Numbered from the stretch's first letter, positions 46,454 through 59,302 are shown. The stretch: DNA of 64,000 bases from a candidate division FCPU426 bacterium (GCA_963796105.1 CAWCKJ010000010.1:32001-96000), one strand, 5' to 3'. Translations and numbers: made by a program. The notes: generated by a model not told the origin, from the sequence alone.

Positions 46454-46519
46454 CTTAAGTTTGATCCATCGGGCTTTTGTGAGTTTCCCGATTCGACAAT
46501 TCGTTTCAAAGGAATATCC

Positions 46520-47890
46520 GTGTTTAACAAGATATTAATCGCAAACCGAGGGGAAATCGCTCTTCGGATCATCCGCGCTTGCAAAGAAATGGGAATCAAG
46601 ACCGTTTCTGTCCATTCGGAACCTGACGCCGATTCCCTGCATGTTCACCTGGCCGATGAAAGCGTTTGTATCGGCCGGGGTCCCAGCCGGGAAAGCTACC
46701 TTAACATCCCTGCGTTAATCAGCGCCGCTGAAATAACCGATGCCGAAGCCATTCATCCGGGATATGGTTTTCTTTCGGAGAATGCGCACTTCGCGGAAGT
46801 ATGCGCCAGCTGCCAGATTAAATTCATCGGGCCGAAACCCGAAGTCATGCGCCTCATGGGCGATAAAGTAGCCGCCATTAAAACGGCGAAAAAGGCCGGG
46901 ATTCCTACGACGCCTGGTAGCGACGGAGCGGTAAAGGACGAGAAGCAAGCCTTGGAAATCGCCCGCCTCATCAAATATCCGGTCATTATCAAGGCTGCCG
47001 CGGGAGGCGGGGGAAAGGGCATGAGAATCGCACACACTGATCTTTCCCTGGCCCAGGGTTTCCAAACAGCTAGAACCGAGGCTGAAGCGGCATTTGGAAA
47101 CCCCGATGTTTACATTGAAAAATATGTTGAAGAGCCCCGCCACATCGAGGTCCAAATATTGGGGGATGAATTCGGTCACATCATCCATCTGGGAGAAAGG
47201 GATTGCACCATCCAAAGATCGCATCAGAAATTAATTGAAGAGGCCCCTTCTCCTGTCATCAACGCGCGTCAAAGGAAAAAATTAGGGAAGTTAGCCCTGA
47301 AATTAGCCAAGCATGTTAATTATTCCTCCGCTGGCACGATTGAGTTTTTGATGGACAAAGAGGGCCATTTTTATTTCATGGAAATGAATACCCGGGTCCA
47401 AGTGGAGCACCCCGTGACTGAGTTGATCATGGGAGTTGACCTGATCCAGGAGCAAATCCGGATTGCCTCCGGCGAAAGACTTTCAGTCGATAAGGATGTT
47501 CTCCAACCCAGGGGTCACGCGATCGAGTGCCGCATCAACGCCGAAAATCCGGAGGACGGATTTAAACCCTCTCCGGGAACGATTACAACTTTCCACATGC
47601 CCGGAGGCCCAGGGGTCCGGGTCGACACGCACCTGTACCAGGGGTATAAAGTTCCGCCGTTTTATGATTCCATGCTGGGAAAACTGATCGTTCACGCACC
47701 GACCCGATCCGAAGCCATACGGAGGATGATGCGGGTCCTGGATGAATTGGTAGTCGAGGGAATTCACACAACCAGTGGATTTCTTAAAAAAATCCTGGAA
47801 AGCGAGACATTTAGGCGAGGGGACTATTCCACGCATTTTGTTGAGAAATTCTTGAAAAATATTAGGGGAGAAGAAAGTTCGAAAAAATAG
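46520..47890 (+). CDS. accC: Biotin carboxylase
   Basis: [38 protein letters not shown]. Confidence 0.97.
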   Translation: MFNKILIANRGEIALRIIRACKEMGIKTVSVHSEPDADSLHVHLADESVCIGRGPSRESYLNIPALISAAEITDAEAIHPGYGFLSENAHFAEVCASCQIKFIGPKPEVMRLMGDKVAAIKTAKKAGIPTTPGSDGAVKDEKQALEIARLIKYPVIIKAAAGGGGKGMRIAHTDLSLAQGFQTARTEAEAAFGNPDVYIEKYVEEPRHIEVQILGDEFGHIIHLGERDCTIQRSHQKLIEEAPSPVINARQRKKLGKLALKLAKHVNYSSAGTIEFLMDKEGHFYFMEMNTRVQVEHPVTELIMGVDLIQEQIRIASGERLSVDKDVLQPRGHAIECRINAENPEDGFKPSPGTITTFHMPGGPGVRVDTHLYQGYKVPPFYDSMLGKLIVHAPTRSEAIRRMMRVLDELVVEGIHTTSGFLKKILESETFRRGDYSTHFVEKFLKNIRGEESSKK

Positions 47891-47951
47891 TTTGTCGCGT
47901 TGAGCTGGGGAAATCAAACCAACCGATTTATCGCGAAATGGAGATTCAGAA

Positions 47952-49007
47952 TTGAAAATAACAGTTTATTTTGATCCGAAAGATGTCAAGACGTCAGTTG
48001 CCCAAAATGCCACCGTGGTTTTGGCGGATGTCCTGAGAGTCTCAACGACAATCCCGGTATATCTTTACCATGGTGCAAAAGGGGTCGTTTTATGCCAAGA
48101 CCCCGGGTCAGCAAAAAAACAGTTTGAAAAATTAAAGAGGGGCGAGGGCCTTTTAGCCGGGGAAAGGGATTGGGAAAAAATCCCGGGCTTTCATATGGGC
48201 GGGTCTCCCCTGGAATCCACCCGCGATAAAGTCAAAAATCGGATTGTATGTATGAGCTCCTTCACCCCCCTGCGGTTACTTCAGGAGGCCAAACATTTGG
48301 TATTGGGCTCATTCGTGAATTTGACAGATGTTTATGATTCCTGTTTGCGGGCAAAACGTGATGTGGTGATCGTGTGCGCGGGCGGACCGGAAGATTCCGC
48401 CTTTGCTGGAATGCTGGTTGATTTTCTCCAAAGCACCTTAGGAGGAACACCTGTGGTTTTGGCCAAGAGCGCGAAAGACACAATTAGCTTATATAAGCCA
48501 TGGCAAGGGAGATTATGGGAATTGTTAAATTCAACGCCGGATGGGAAAGGGTTGACGCTCAAGGGGTTCGCGAAAGACCTGGATTTTTGCTCGAGGTTAA
48601 ACAGGATTTCAGCCGTGCCTTTATTTCAAGGCAATTTTTTTATTAAGGAAGACGCTCCGAAACCGAAAAAAACCATGGAGGCGGATGGAAAGCCTAAACC
48701 CACTTCAGCGTCTCCAAAAAAGGGAAAATCAATCAAGGTCATGGTTCCTTTGTTCCCTAAAAATCCCGAACACCCTGTTCCGGGCATCGATAAGGCCGGA
48801 GGCAAGAAGGGGCAAAATCCGGCGGATGCTAAGAAAAAAGATCAGGCCTTTTCGAAAAAGGCCCCCCTGAAGACTATAGAAAACAATCAAAAGGCCAAAA
48901 AGGCAAATGGAAAGTCGGTTCCTTTGTTCACTAAAAAATCAACGGCTACAACCGCGAAAAAAATTTCCGCCAAGCCGGTCATTAAAACCCATGGGAAGAA
49001 AAAATAG
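47952..49007 (+). CDS. ComB (2-phosphosulfolactate phosphatase)-like protein with Lys-rich C-tail
   Basis: DVLRVSTT, LAGER, GGSP, IVCAG, GFAKDLDFC; about 115-aa K/P/A-rich tail. Confidence 0.7.
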   Translation: MKITVYFDPKDVKTSVAQNATVVLADVLRVSTTIPVYLYHGAKGVVLCQDPGSAKKQFEKLKRGEGLLAGERDWEKIPGFHMGGSPLESTRDKVKNRIVCMSSFTPLRLLQEAKHLVLGSFVNLTDVYDSCLRAKRDVVIVCAGGPEDSAFAGMLVDFLQSTLGGTPVVLAKSAKDTISLYKPWQGRLWELLNSTPDGKGLTLKGFAKDLDFCSRLNRISAVPLFQGNFFIKEDAPKPKKTMEADGKPKPTSASPKKGKSIKVMVPLFPKNPEHPVPGIDKAGGKKGQNPADAKKKDQAFSKKAPLKTIENNQKAKKANGKSVPLFTKKSTATTAKKISAKPVIKTHGKKK

Positions 49008-49010
49008 TAT

Positions 49011-49451
49011 TTGGGTTTGGGGGAGTCTGTGAAATCTTTCAATCGCCCCGTTCTCATGTTGAGAGCTTTGGACGCGAATTGCAATCGTGTTCGGGAAGGT
49101 TTAAGGGTTGCGGAAGATGTGGCCCGGTTTATCCTGAATGATTCCCGCCTTATTTCCCAATTGAAAAAACTCAGGCATGAAGTAACCGCAGTGGAGAAAA
49201 CTCTTTTTATTTCAAATAGGATCAGGATCGAGGCTCGAAATGTTAAGGAGGATTTGGGCCGTAAAAATCACCTTGAGACCGAGAAGACCCGCGCTAATCT
49301 TAAAGACCTCTTGACGGCGAACTTGAAGCGCTCCCAAGAGGGCCTTCGGTCGCTTGAGGAATTTTCGAAAGCATTAGGGCATCCTTCCGCGTTAAAATTC
49401 AAAAAAATCCGTTATGCGTGTTACCAAATCGAAGAGTCTCTCCCCAGTTAA
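49011..49451 (+). CDS. ThiD2-like protein (stand-alone ThiE N-terminal-type domain)
   Basis: DANCNRVREGLRVAEDVARF, NLKRSQEGLRSLEEF; adjacent to thiC. Confidence 0.75.
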   Translation: MGLGESVKSFNRPVLMLRALDANCNRVREGLRVAEDVARFILNDSRLISQLKKLRHEVTAVEKTLFISNRIRIEARNVKEDLGRKNHLETEKTRANLKDLLTANLKRSQEGLRSLEEFSKALGHPSALKFKKIRYACYQIEESLPS

Positions 49452-49466
49452 ACTTCCTCAATGGCG

Positions 49467-49495
49467 TTGCATTCCATATTGCCCCTGGATATGCT
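49467..49495 (+). promoter_or_regulatory. Putative sigma70 promoter of thiC
   Basis: TTGCAT-N17-TATGCT. Confidence 0.5.
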
Positions 49496-49521
49496 AAAAC
49501 TTGCCTGATTGTTCTGTGTGA

Positions 49522-51399
<1,878 letters not shown>

Positions 51400-51400
51400 T

Positions 51401-51437
51401 AAAAAAGGCCTCGCCGATTAAGGCAAAGCCTTTTTTT
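51401..51437. terminator. Bidirectional intrinsic terminator
   Basis: A-tract, GGC..GCC / GGC..GCC imperfect stem, T-tract, between convergent thiC and ferredoxin. Confidence 0.65.
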
Positions 51438-51450
51438 ATTTTCTGAAAAA

Positions 51451-51768
51451 TTAATTAACGAGCTTGTTCACGTCCGGCCGTTTAGGAGGATCATTCGCAG
51501 GCCGGGTCGCGACGGGAGTGTTGTTTTTGAAAGAAGGGGCCAATTGGGCGTTGATTTTCGCGTATTCGGGATCTTTATCCGCTCCCTCTGCGATGGCGCC
51601 GATGGGGCAGGCCGAATAGCAGCTGGTACATTCCGTGCATTCTTCCGGATCAATCACCATAAAGGGTTGGCCTTTGTAATCACCGGGATGGATGCAATTC
51701 ACGGGACACACGTCCACGCATTGCGCGTAAACTTCTCCTAGGCACTTTTCAGTAATAACATACGGCAT
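51451..51768 (-). CDS. 7Fe/8Fe-type ferredoxin (FdxA-like)
   Basis: MPYVITEKC...CVDVCPVNCI...IDPEECTECTSCYSACP; GGAGG RBS. Confidence 0.9.
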   Translation of the reverse strand: MPYVITEKCLGEVYAQCVDVCPVNCIHPGDYKGQPFMVIDPEECTECTSCYSACPIGAIAEGADKDPEYAKINAQLAPSFKNNTPVATRPANDPPKRPDVNKLVN

Positions 51769-52104
51769 CGTTCGCCTCCTTGGGCATTCATCCTCTTCCG
51801 TTAAAGAGGGGTTAAAAATTTTCATTCACCCACTAATCATAATCTTAAAGACGATTCTTATTGTGGGACGGCAAAACGTCGTTAGTTTAGAAGAGATACC
51901 CTTTCTTTCGCAAGACCAATTTTAGCTTTTTTCATAACAATTCAGCCTTTACGACGGGTGACTGGGGATGGTAGGTTGAGGGAGTAAAAGTTGATTTCTG
52001 GCAAGGAAATCTTTGGAAAACGTCTTTCGAAATTCTTGAAAGCTTACCTCGGCGATCTTAAATTTTCTCTATTAAATCAGCAGAGGTAAGCGATAAAGGA
52101 AAAC

Positions 52105-53265
52105 ATGGCTTCGAAAAAAGATTTTTATGAATTATTGGGCGTTTCGCGCGATGCCAAATCGGATGATATCAAGAAAGCTTATAGAACCATGGCTAAGAAA
52201 TACCATCCCGACGCTAATCCAAATAACAAAGAGGCGGAGGAGAAGTTCAAGGAAATCAACGAGGCTTACGAGATTTTGTCGGATCCGCAAAAAAAATCAG
52301 CTTATGACCAATTTGGCCATGTTGGGGTTGGATCAGGCGGTTTTTCCGGGGGATACGGAGGGGGTTTTCGACCACAGGATTTCGGAAATGCGGCTGATTT
52401 CGAAGATATTTTTGGCGATGTGTTCAGCAATTTCTTCGGCGGGGGAGGGAGAACCCGCTCCGGAAGGCATCAAAGCCAAGCCCAAGAGGGCGAAGACCTC
52501 CGGCATGATATGGAATTGACTTTTGAAGAGGCGGCTTTTGGAACCACCCGTGAAGTTAAAATTCGCAAACTGACAACCTGTGAAACTTGCCATGGCTCGG
52601 GAGCTAAGGCTGGCTCAGGGCGCGTGGTTTGCGCAACTTGCAAAGGGACAGGCCAGGTTCGTCAATCCCAGGGGTTTTTTACCATCGCTAGAACTTGTAG
52701 CCGCTGCAAAGGGCAAGGAGAAATGCCAGGCACTCCCTGCCCGACCTGCCAAGGCCATGGCCGCCTGGAAAAAGACCGAATAGTTTCCGTGAAAGTTCCG
52801 GCGGGGGTGGATGAGGGTTCCCGTCTAAGGCTTCGCGGCGAGGGCGAAGCAGGCCTCAACGGCGGTCCCGCGGGGGATCTTTATATATTCCTCCATGTTG
52901 AAGCCCATGATTTCTTTGAAAGGGATGGAAGCGATCTCCATTGCGAGATTCCCATTACATTTATTCAAGCGGCCCTAGGTACAGAGATCGAAGTACCCAC
53001 GTTGGAAGGACCGGTCAAGATGAAAATTCCCGATGGGACACAATCAGGAAAGATATTTCGTTTGAAAGAAAAAGGGATGAAAAACCCTCAGGAGTCAGGC
53101 TTGGGAGATCTGTATGTGAAGGTGATGGTTGAGGTGCCGACGGATCTCAATTTTAAGCAAAGGAAGCTTTTGGAGGAATTTGAGGCTCTTTCCAACGAAA
53201 CGAATACTCCCCTTCTCAAAAGTTTCATGAATAAAATGAAAATTTTTTTTGAACGAAAAAAATGA
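52105..53265 (+). CDS. dnaJ: Chaperone DnaJ
   Basis: HPD motif, G/F-rich region, four CxxCxGxG repeats. Confidence 0.97.
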   Translation: MASKKDFYELLGVSRDAKSDDIKKAYRTMAKKYHPDANPNNKEAEEKFKEINEAYEILSDPQKKSAYDQFGHVGVGSGGFSGGYGGGFRPQDFGNAADFEDIFGDVFSNFFGGGGRTRSGRHQSQAQEGEDLRHDMELTFEEAAFGTTREVKIRKLTTCETCHGSGAKAGSGRVVCATCKGTGQVRQSQGFFTIARTCSRCKGQGEMPGTPCPTCQGHGRLEKDRIVSVKVPAGVDEGSRLRLRGEGEAGLNGGPAGDLYIFLHVEAHDFFERDGSDLHCEIPITFIQAALGTEIEVPTLEGPVKMKIPDGTQSGKIFRLKEKGMKNPQESGLGDLYVKVMVEVPTDLNFKQRKLLEEFEALSNETNTPLLKSFMNKMKIFFERKK

Positions 53266-54035
53266 CCTTCGTTCCCCGATTGTATTTAACTTCTCCGCTT
53301 TCTTCATCCGATCCCTATATTTTAGATTCCTCTTCTTCCAGATATTTAATCAGGATATTACGGATGAAGGAGGGTGGGCGTTTTATGGGTTTTGACGCAA
53401 TAGGTTGTTTGTATGAGATGGAGCTGACAAAAGCGGATTCAACCCAAGCTTTAGCGAAAGTCTTGAAAGTAAAAGAAAATAACTCAAGGCTTGACCAGTT
53501 TCAAATTTCATTGGGCCAAAGTCTTCCGAAAGCGGCCAAAATGGATTTGATCCTCCGCCAAGGCACTGAAGTTGGAATTCATCGGTTTATTCCAATAGTG
53601 ACGGTAAGAAGCATATCAAGACCGCAAGAATTCCAATATGAACATAAAAAAGATAGATGGAAAAAAATTATTTTGGAGGCAACTAGACAATGCGGGAGGA
53701 AAGATATCCCGCAGTTAGATGGAGTCACTGAATGGCAACAATGCTTGGAACTTATGAAAGAGTTTGACCAAGTATTGATTCCGTATGAAAAAGAGGCCCC
53801 GGCGTTAAAAACGGTGTTAGAATCAAAACCGGCCGCGCATAAAATCCTTGTTTTGGTTGGCCCTGAAGGCGGCTGGACGAGAGAAGAAGTCATTTCAGGT
53901 GAACAATATGGGGCGACTCCAGTTCATTTGCAAACGCCTATTCTTCGGACAGAAACAGCGGGAATTGTAATCGTTTCGATGATTCAATTTTTCAAGTCTA
54001 CCTATGAGACGGGAAAAGAGCCGAATGAAAAATAA
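53262..54035 (+). CDS. rsmE: 16S rRNA m3U1498 methyltransferase
   Basis: TEVGI, EATRQCGR, VGPEGG, ILRTETA. Confidence 0.92.
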   Translation: MTFVPRLYLTSPLSSSDPYILDSSSSRYLIRILRMKEGGRFMGFDAIGCLYEMELTKADSTQALAKVLKVKENNSRLDQFQISLGQSLPKAAKMDLILRQGTEVGIHRFIPIVTVRSISRPQEFQYEHKKDRWKKIILEATRQCGRKDIPQLDGVTEWQQCLELMKEFDQVLIPYEKEAPALKTVLESKPAAHKILVLVGPEGGWTREEVISGEQYGATPVHLQTPILRTETAGIVIVSMIQFFKSTYETGKEPNEK

Positions 54036-54903
54036 TCGTTTACTCAAAAAGACCCCTAAGGACAGTTTAAGACAATTGGTTTTCATTTTTGGATGTCCTA
54101 TAAAACATTCGCTATCGCCTTTGATGCATAACGCCGCTTTTGACCAATTAGGTCTTCCTTGGGTTTATATTCCATTGGAAATCTCAGCGGACCAATTGGG
54201 TGGCGCGGTCGGAATTCTTCGGTCATTCAACGCGAAAGGGGCCAATGTCACTGTGCCTTATAAAGAAGCGGTGATACCTTGGCTTGATTATATTGAGCCG
54301 GAAGCGAGATGGATGAAGTCAGTCAATACGATTTACCGCGTGGGTAATAAACTATGCGGAGAATCTACTGACGGCGAAGGTTTCTTAAGGTCGCTTGGGC
54401 CTTGGAGGCGAAAGTTGAAAAGATCAACAGGGCTTCTTTTAGGGGCTGGCGGAGCCGGGAAGGCAATATCGGGTGCGTTGTCTCAATCGGAAGTTAAAAG
54501 ATATTATATATTTGACCAATCGGAAGAAAAAACGAGTGCTCTTGTGAAATTGGTTCAAAAACGCAATAAGAGAATTGAGGTTGACGGAGTGTCCCGGCAA
54601 AACGCGGAGAAAGTTGTCTCTGATTGCGATTGGGTTATTCAAGCTACTTCTGCGGGGTTGAAAAAAGGGGATCCGTCTCCTTTGTCGCTAAAATTTGCAC
54701 GGCCCACCACTTGGGTAGTGGACTTAATTTATCATCATCCGACTTCCTTTTTGATAGAAGCAAAAGAGAGACATTTAAAATCTTTAAACGGATTAGGAAT
54801 GTTACTAAACCAAGGTGTTTTGTCCTTTCAACGCTGGACTGGCCAGAAGGCTCCCCTGAAATTTATGAAAAGAGCTTTATTGAGAGGATTAATGCTGACC
54901 TGA
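54025..54903 (+). CDS. aroE: Shikimate dehydrogenase
   Basis: HSLSPLMHN, GANVTVPYK, TDGEG, GAGGAG, GLGMLLNQG. Confidence 0.92.
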   Translation: MKNNRLLKKTPKDSLRQLVFIFGCPIKHSLSPLMHNAAFDQLGLPWVYIPLEISADQLGGAVGILRSFNAKGANVTVPYKEAVIPWLDYIEPEARWMKSVNTIYRVGNKLCGESTDGEGFLRSLGPWRRKLKRSTGLLLGAGGAGKAISGALSQSEVKRYYIFDQSEEKTSALVKLVQKRNKRIEVDGVSRQNAEKVVSDCDWVIQATSAGLKKGDPSPLSLKFARPTTWVVDLIYHHPTSFLIEAKERHLKSLNGLGMLLNQGVLSFQRWTGQKAPLKFMKRALLRGLMLT

Positions 54904-54922
54904 AGACCATTATGGACAAGCG

Positions 54923-54951
54923 TTGACTTCAATTTTTCCCGATTCTATACT
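54923..54951 (+). promoter_or_regulatory. sigma70 promoter of pilBTC
   Basis: TTGACT-N17-TATACT. Confidence 0.65.
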
Positions 54952-55007
54952 TCTTTCATTAGAGTCATTAATCCGAGTAAGAATTTCCTTCCTTTTCGAG
55001 GTAATGA

Positions 55008-56762
55008 ATGCCTGAATCCATGAAAAAGCGCCTGGGCGAAATGCTCGTGGATGAAGGAATCATTACCGAAGAGCAGCTTCAAGAGGCACTTCATGAGCAA
55101 AAGATCAAAGGCGGAAGGCTTGAAAAAATCCTGATAAGCCAAGGTTATGTAACCCAAGAAGTCATCATGGCTTTCGTGGGAACCCAACTGGGCATTCCCC
55201 ACGTTAACTTGAATGAAATTGGCGATATCCCATCTGAAGTGGTTTTTTCCGTCCCGGAATCCATCGCAATCAATCATTGCTTAATTCCTATAGTCAAAAA
55301 AGATAATAAAATTACAGTTGCCATGGCAGATCCTTTGAATGTATTTGCTATTGACGATATAAAAATGACAACTTCTTTTGAGGTGGAACCTGCAATTGCC
55401 AGCGAGACTGAAATAAGAGCGTTGCAGGCTAAATACTTTGGAACTGCCGCATCCGGTGGGGGTGGAGCTGCGGAAGCTGGCGGCGACATGCAAGAAATTA
55501 TTAATTCCATGGGCGCTGACAGTAATTTGGAGGTGATGGAAGAAAAAGATGAGGAAGTTGATATTTCTAAATTGGAAGCTGCCGGTGAGGATGCCCCAGT
55601 TGTCCGTTTAGTCAACCTGATTTTGACTGAGGCGGTAAGGGTGGGAGCAAGCGACATCCACATCGAACCCTATGAGAAGAATTTGCGCTGCAGGTATAGG
55701 ATTGATGGTGTCTTGCATGAGGTGCAATCGCCACCTAGATCATTATCAGCCGCAATTTCTTCACGAATAAAGATCATGTCTTCATTGGATATTGCTGAAA
55801 GGCGCCTTCCGCAGGACGGTAGGATCAAAATAAAAGTTTTGGGAAAAGAGATTGATATAAGAGTTTCAATTTGTCCGATACAATTTGGGGAGAAAATCGT
55901 TATGCGCATATTGGATGCGTCCAATTTAAGCCTAGATTTACCCAAGTTGGGCTTCGAAGATGATGTTCTTCCCAAGTTTGAGAAGGCAATTCTGGAACCC
56001 TATGGTTTAGTATTGGCGACGGGGCCAACAGGGTCAGGTAAATCCACAACTCTTTACTCCGCGCTTCATTACATCAATAATCCGGATGTCAATATCTCAA
56101 CCATTGAGGATCCTGTAGAATACAACCTTCACGGCATTAACCAAGTAAATGCGAAATCTTCAATCGGTCTTACCTTTGCGGCGGGTCTAAGATCGTTTCT
56201 GAGGCAGGATCCCGATATTATTATGGTGGGTGAAATCCGGGATAAAGAAACAGCTGAGATAGCAATTAACGCGGCCTTAACAGGCCACTTGGTGTTTTCA
56301 ACTCTGCATACCAATGATGCGCCTGGCGCTGTCACTCGTATGGGAAATATGGGCGTGGAACCGTTTTTAATAACTTCAACAGTTCATTGCGTTGTTGCGC
56401 AACGTTTGATGCGTAGGATCTGCAAAGATTGTAAAGAGGGTTATGAAGCACCCCCGGAAATATTAGATGAACTCTTGGTAAATTCTGGTTCGACTGAAAC
56501 TACGATGTTGTATCGCGGGGTAGGCTGCTCGACTTGTTCCAATACGGGTTATAAAGGCCGGATGGCCATCCATGAAGTTTTACTATTGAACGAGGATTTT
56601 CGAAAAGGAATTTTGCAACGTAAATCCTCGAATGAATTGAAGAAAATAGCCCGGGAGGGCGGTATGCAAACCCTTCGCGAGTGCGGGGTTAGGAAGGTTT
56701 TGAAGGGTTTGACTACCGTAGAGGAGCTTTTGCGAGTTGCCCATGCGGACGAAGAAGATTAA
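55008..56762 (+). CDS. pilB: Type IV pilus assembly ATPase with MshEN domain
   Basis: ASDIHIEP, GPTGSGKS, LRQDPD, tetra-Cys motif. Confidence 0.95.
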   Translation: MPESMKKRLGEMLVDEGIITEEQLQEALHEQKIKGGRLEKILISQGYVTQEVIMAFVGTQLGIPHVNLNEIGDIPSEVVFSVPESIAINHCLIPIVKKDNKITVAMADPLNVFAIDDIKMTTSFEVEPAIASETEIRALQAKYFGTAASGGGGAAEAGGDMQEIINSMGADSNLEVMEEKDEEVDISKLEAAGEDAPVVRLVNLILTEAVRVGASDIHIEPYEKNLRCRYRIDGVLHEVQSPPRSLSAAISSRIKIMSSLDIAERRLPQDGRIKIKVLGKEIDIRVSICPIQFGEKIVMRILDASNLSLDLPKLGFEDDVLPKFEKAILEPYGLVLATGPTGSGKSTTLYSALHYINNPDVNISTIEDPVEYNLHGINQVNAKSSIGLTFAAGLRSFLRQDPDIIMVGEIRDKETAEIAINAALTGHLVFSTLHTNDAPGAVTRMGNMGVEPFLITSTVHCVVAQRLMRRICKDCKEGYEAPPEILDELLVNSGSTETTMLYRGVGCSTCSNTGYKGRMAIHEVLLLNEDFRKGILQRKSSNELKKIAREGGMQTLRECGVRKVLKGLTTVEELLRVAHADEED

Positions 56763-56793
56763 CGCTTGATTTTGAAAGAAGAAAGGTGGTTTT

Positions 56794-57858
56794 ATGGTTA
56801 ATATTGACACGCTTTTGCGTTTAATGTTCGAAAGAAATGCCTCCGACCTCCACATAACTGCTGGTGCCCCTCCGATGTTAAGAGTGGACGGTGTCATCAC
56901 TCCCACTGAATATGAGAAACTCAGGCCCGAGACTACTCAACAATTGATATACAGTATTTTGACGGACGAGCAGAAAGAAAAATTCGAAAAAGATAATGAA
57001 TTGGATGTTTCTTTTGGGGTCGAAGGCGTAGGCCGAGTCAGGATGAATGTTTTCCAACAAAGGGGTGCTGTAGCGGCCGCTCTTAGGAATATACCCACCA
57101 CTATTCGTAATTTTGATGACCTCAAGTTGCCTGCTATTGTTCAAGATATTGTTAAATTGCCCAAAGGCCTGGTATTGGTGACCGGGCCCACGGGTTCTGG
57201 AAAATCGACGACTTTAGCGGCCATGATTGATTGGATTAACTCGAATCGTCAAAGTCATATCATCACCATTGAGGACCCGATTGAGTATGTGCACACGCAT
57301 AAATCTTGTATCGTGAATCAACGGGAAGTCGGAACTGACACGCACACATTTACTTCGGCTTTAAAATATGCATTGCGGGAAGATCCGGATGTGATATTGA
57401 TCGGGGAAATGCGTGACTTGGAAACGATCAATGCGGCCTTGACGATTGCAGAGACGGGACATCTGGTATTTGCGACTCTTCATACAGTGGATGCGATTCA
57501 AACGGTTAATCGCATTATTGATGTGTTCCCCGCATCTCAACAGCAACAGGTTCGGGCGCAAATATCGTTTGTCCTTCAATCTATTTTATCTCAACAGCTG
57601 CTTCCAAAGGCATATGGTTCCGGGCGTGTTGTGGCAATAGAGGTTCTTATACCAACTGCGGCAGTTCGGAATTTGATAAGGGAAGAAAAAATCCATCAAA
57701 TTTATTCTGCTATGCAAACGGGTACGGAATATGGGATGCAAACCATGAACCAAGCCCTATTTGAGCTTTATCAAAAACAACAAGTAAGTTACAACGAAAT
57801 ATTCTCCAGAACTTTGGATCCGAAGGAATTGCAGCGCATGGTAAAAGGTGTCATTTAA
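56794..57858 (+). CDS. pilT: Type IV pilus retraction ATPase
   Basis: ASDLH, GPTGSGKSTT, LREDPD, AVRNLIRE, GMQTM. Confidence 0.95.
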   Translation: MVNIDTLLRLMFERNASDLHITAGAPPMLRVDGVITPTEYEKLRPETTQQLIYSILTDEQKEKFEKDNELDVSFGVEGVGRVRMNVFQQRGAVAAALRNIPTTIRNFDDLKLPAIVQDIVKLPKGLVLVTGPTGSGKSTTLAAMIDWINSNRQSHIITIEDPIEYVHTHKSCIVNQREVGTDTHTFTSALKYALREDPDVILIGEMRDLETINAALTIAETGHLVFATLHTVDAIQTVNRIIDVFPASQQQQVRAQISFVLQSILSQQLLPKAYGSGRVVAIEVLIPTAAVRNLIREEKIHQIYSAMQTGTEYGMQTMNQALFELYQKQQVSYNEIFSRTLDPKELQRMVKGVI

Positions 57859-57884
57859 TAAAATAAAAGAAAAAGGTTAATCCC

Positions 57885-59099
57885 ATGCCTCTCTTTAAAT
57901 TCAAAGCTCGGAACAATTTAGGGAAGGTAACTGAGGGCACTCAGGAAGCCGAAAATGAAGCGGCTGTTGGGGCTCTATTGCGCCAGAGGCGATTAGAGGT
58001 TATTTCTGTTTCGCCCGCGAGTAGTTTTGGGGCCATTTTTGCTTCAATGCTTAAAAAAGGTGGAAATGTCAAAACCATTGACATTGTGGTATTCAGTCGA
58101 CAATTCTCGACCATGATTAACGCCGGCCTTCCTATTTTGCAGGGGTTGACGATAGTAGCGGAACAAGCCGAGAATCCCAGTTTTCGTGTCATCATGACTA
58201 AAGTCAGGGATGATATTTCTAATGGCGTCCCACTGTCAGAAGCTATGGCAAAACACCCGAAAGTTTTTTCTGCTCTTTACGTTAATATGGTTAAGGCTGG
58301 GGAACAAGGCGGTATTTTGGACGTTATTTTTGAAAGGTTGTCGGAGTATTTGGAAAAATCAGAGGGAGTAAGCCGAAAAATTAAATCCGCCATGATGTAT
58401 CCCGCAGTTGTTTTTTCTGTTGCGATTTTGGTTGTGATATTTTTGATGGTAAAGGTAATTCCGACTTTCGAAACAGTATTTGCGGGTTTTGGCGCTAAGT
58501 TACCAGCTCCGACATTGGTTGTTATTGCTATCAGTCATTTTTTAACGAGCAAAAAAGCAGTTTTTATTTTGATTTTTGGAGTCGCTTTTTATGTTGCGTT
58601 ACAATTATACAGAAAGACAAAAACAGGTGCGTATAATTGGGACAAAATGATGATGAGTTTACCTGTCCTTGGTGTTTTATTACGGAAGGGTGCAGTCGCT
58701 AAATTCGCTCGAACTTTGGGTACTTTGATAAAATCCGGGGTCCCAATTATGGATGGACTTGAAACAGTCGCCAAGACTTCGGGAAATTTAGTATTGGAAA
58801 GAGCGATATTCCACGCAAGAGATTCTGTGAAAGAAGGAAAAACCTTAACTCAACCACTAAAAGATAGTAATGTGTTTCCACCCATGGTGACACAAATGAT
58901 CAATGTTGGGGAAGAAACAGGATCGCTAGATACCATGTTATCAAAAGTGGCTGATTTCTATGAAGATGAGGTGGATGCGGCGGTGGAAGGATTAACATCT
59001 ATTATCGAGCCGATTTTAATTGTTTTTTTAGGGGTTACCCTTGGATTTATAGTGGTGGCCATGTTTATGCCAATATTTATGTTGGGAAGTATCGTTTAA
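57885..59099 (+). CDS. pilC: Type IV pilus platform protein
   Basis: FSRQFSTMINAG, KSAMMYP, VGEETG, IEP...AMFMPIF. Confidence 0.95.
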   Translation: MPLFKFKARNNLGKVTEGTQEAENEAAVGALLRQRRLEVISVSPASSFGAIFASMLKKGGNVKTIDIVVFSRQFSTMINAGLPILQGLTIVAEQAENPSFRVIMTKVRDDISNGVPLSEAMAKHPKVFSALYVNMVKAGEQGGILDVIFERLSEYLEKSEGVSRKIKSAMMYPAVVFSVAILVVIFLMVKVIPTFETVFAGFGAKLPAPTLVVIAISHFLTSKKAVFILIFGVAFYVALQLYRKTKTGAYNWDKMMMSLPVLGVLLRKGAVAKFARTLGTLIKSGVPIMDGLETVAKTSGNLVLERAIFHARDSVKEGKTLTQPLKDSNVFPPMVTQMINVGEETGSLDTMLSKVADFYEDEVDAAVEGLTSIIEPILIVFLGVTLGFIVVAMFMPIFMLGSIV

Positions 59100-59302
59100 C
59101 AAAATTGTGTATTATATAAAAATATTTCGATTGTTTTCCATAAAGGGGGAATATATTAAGCAGCTAGTGGATGTTTTTTGGGCGGAGTTTTAAACTCGCA
59201 GAACTTCATACTAAACATTTACGCAAAACAAAGTTAAACAGGAGCCGTATTTTATAATAGGTTTTAAAATAAAATTCTAAGTTTTGCGATGAGGATGAAA
59301 TC

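Noticed and set aside
51830..52100. c-di-GMP-I riboswitch or CIRCE element upstream of dnaJ/ferredoxin
   Set aside because: GTGGGACGGCAAA only partly resembles the GEMM motif and the rest is missing; no TTAGCACTC-N9-GAGTGCTAA.
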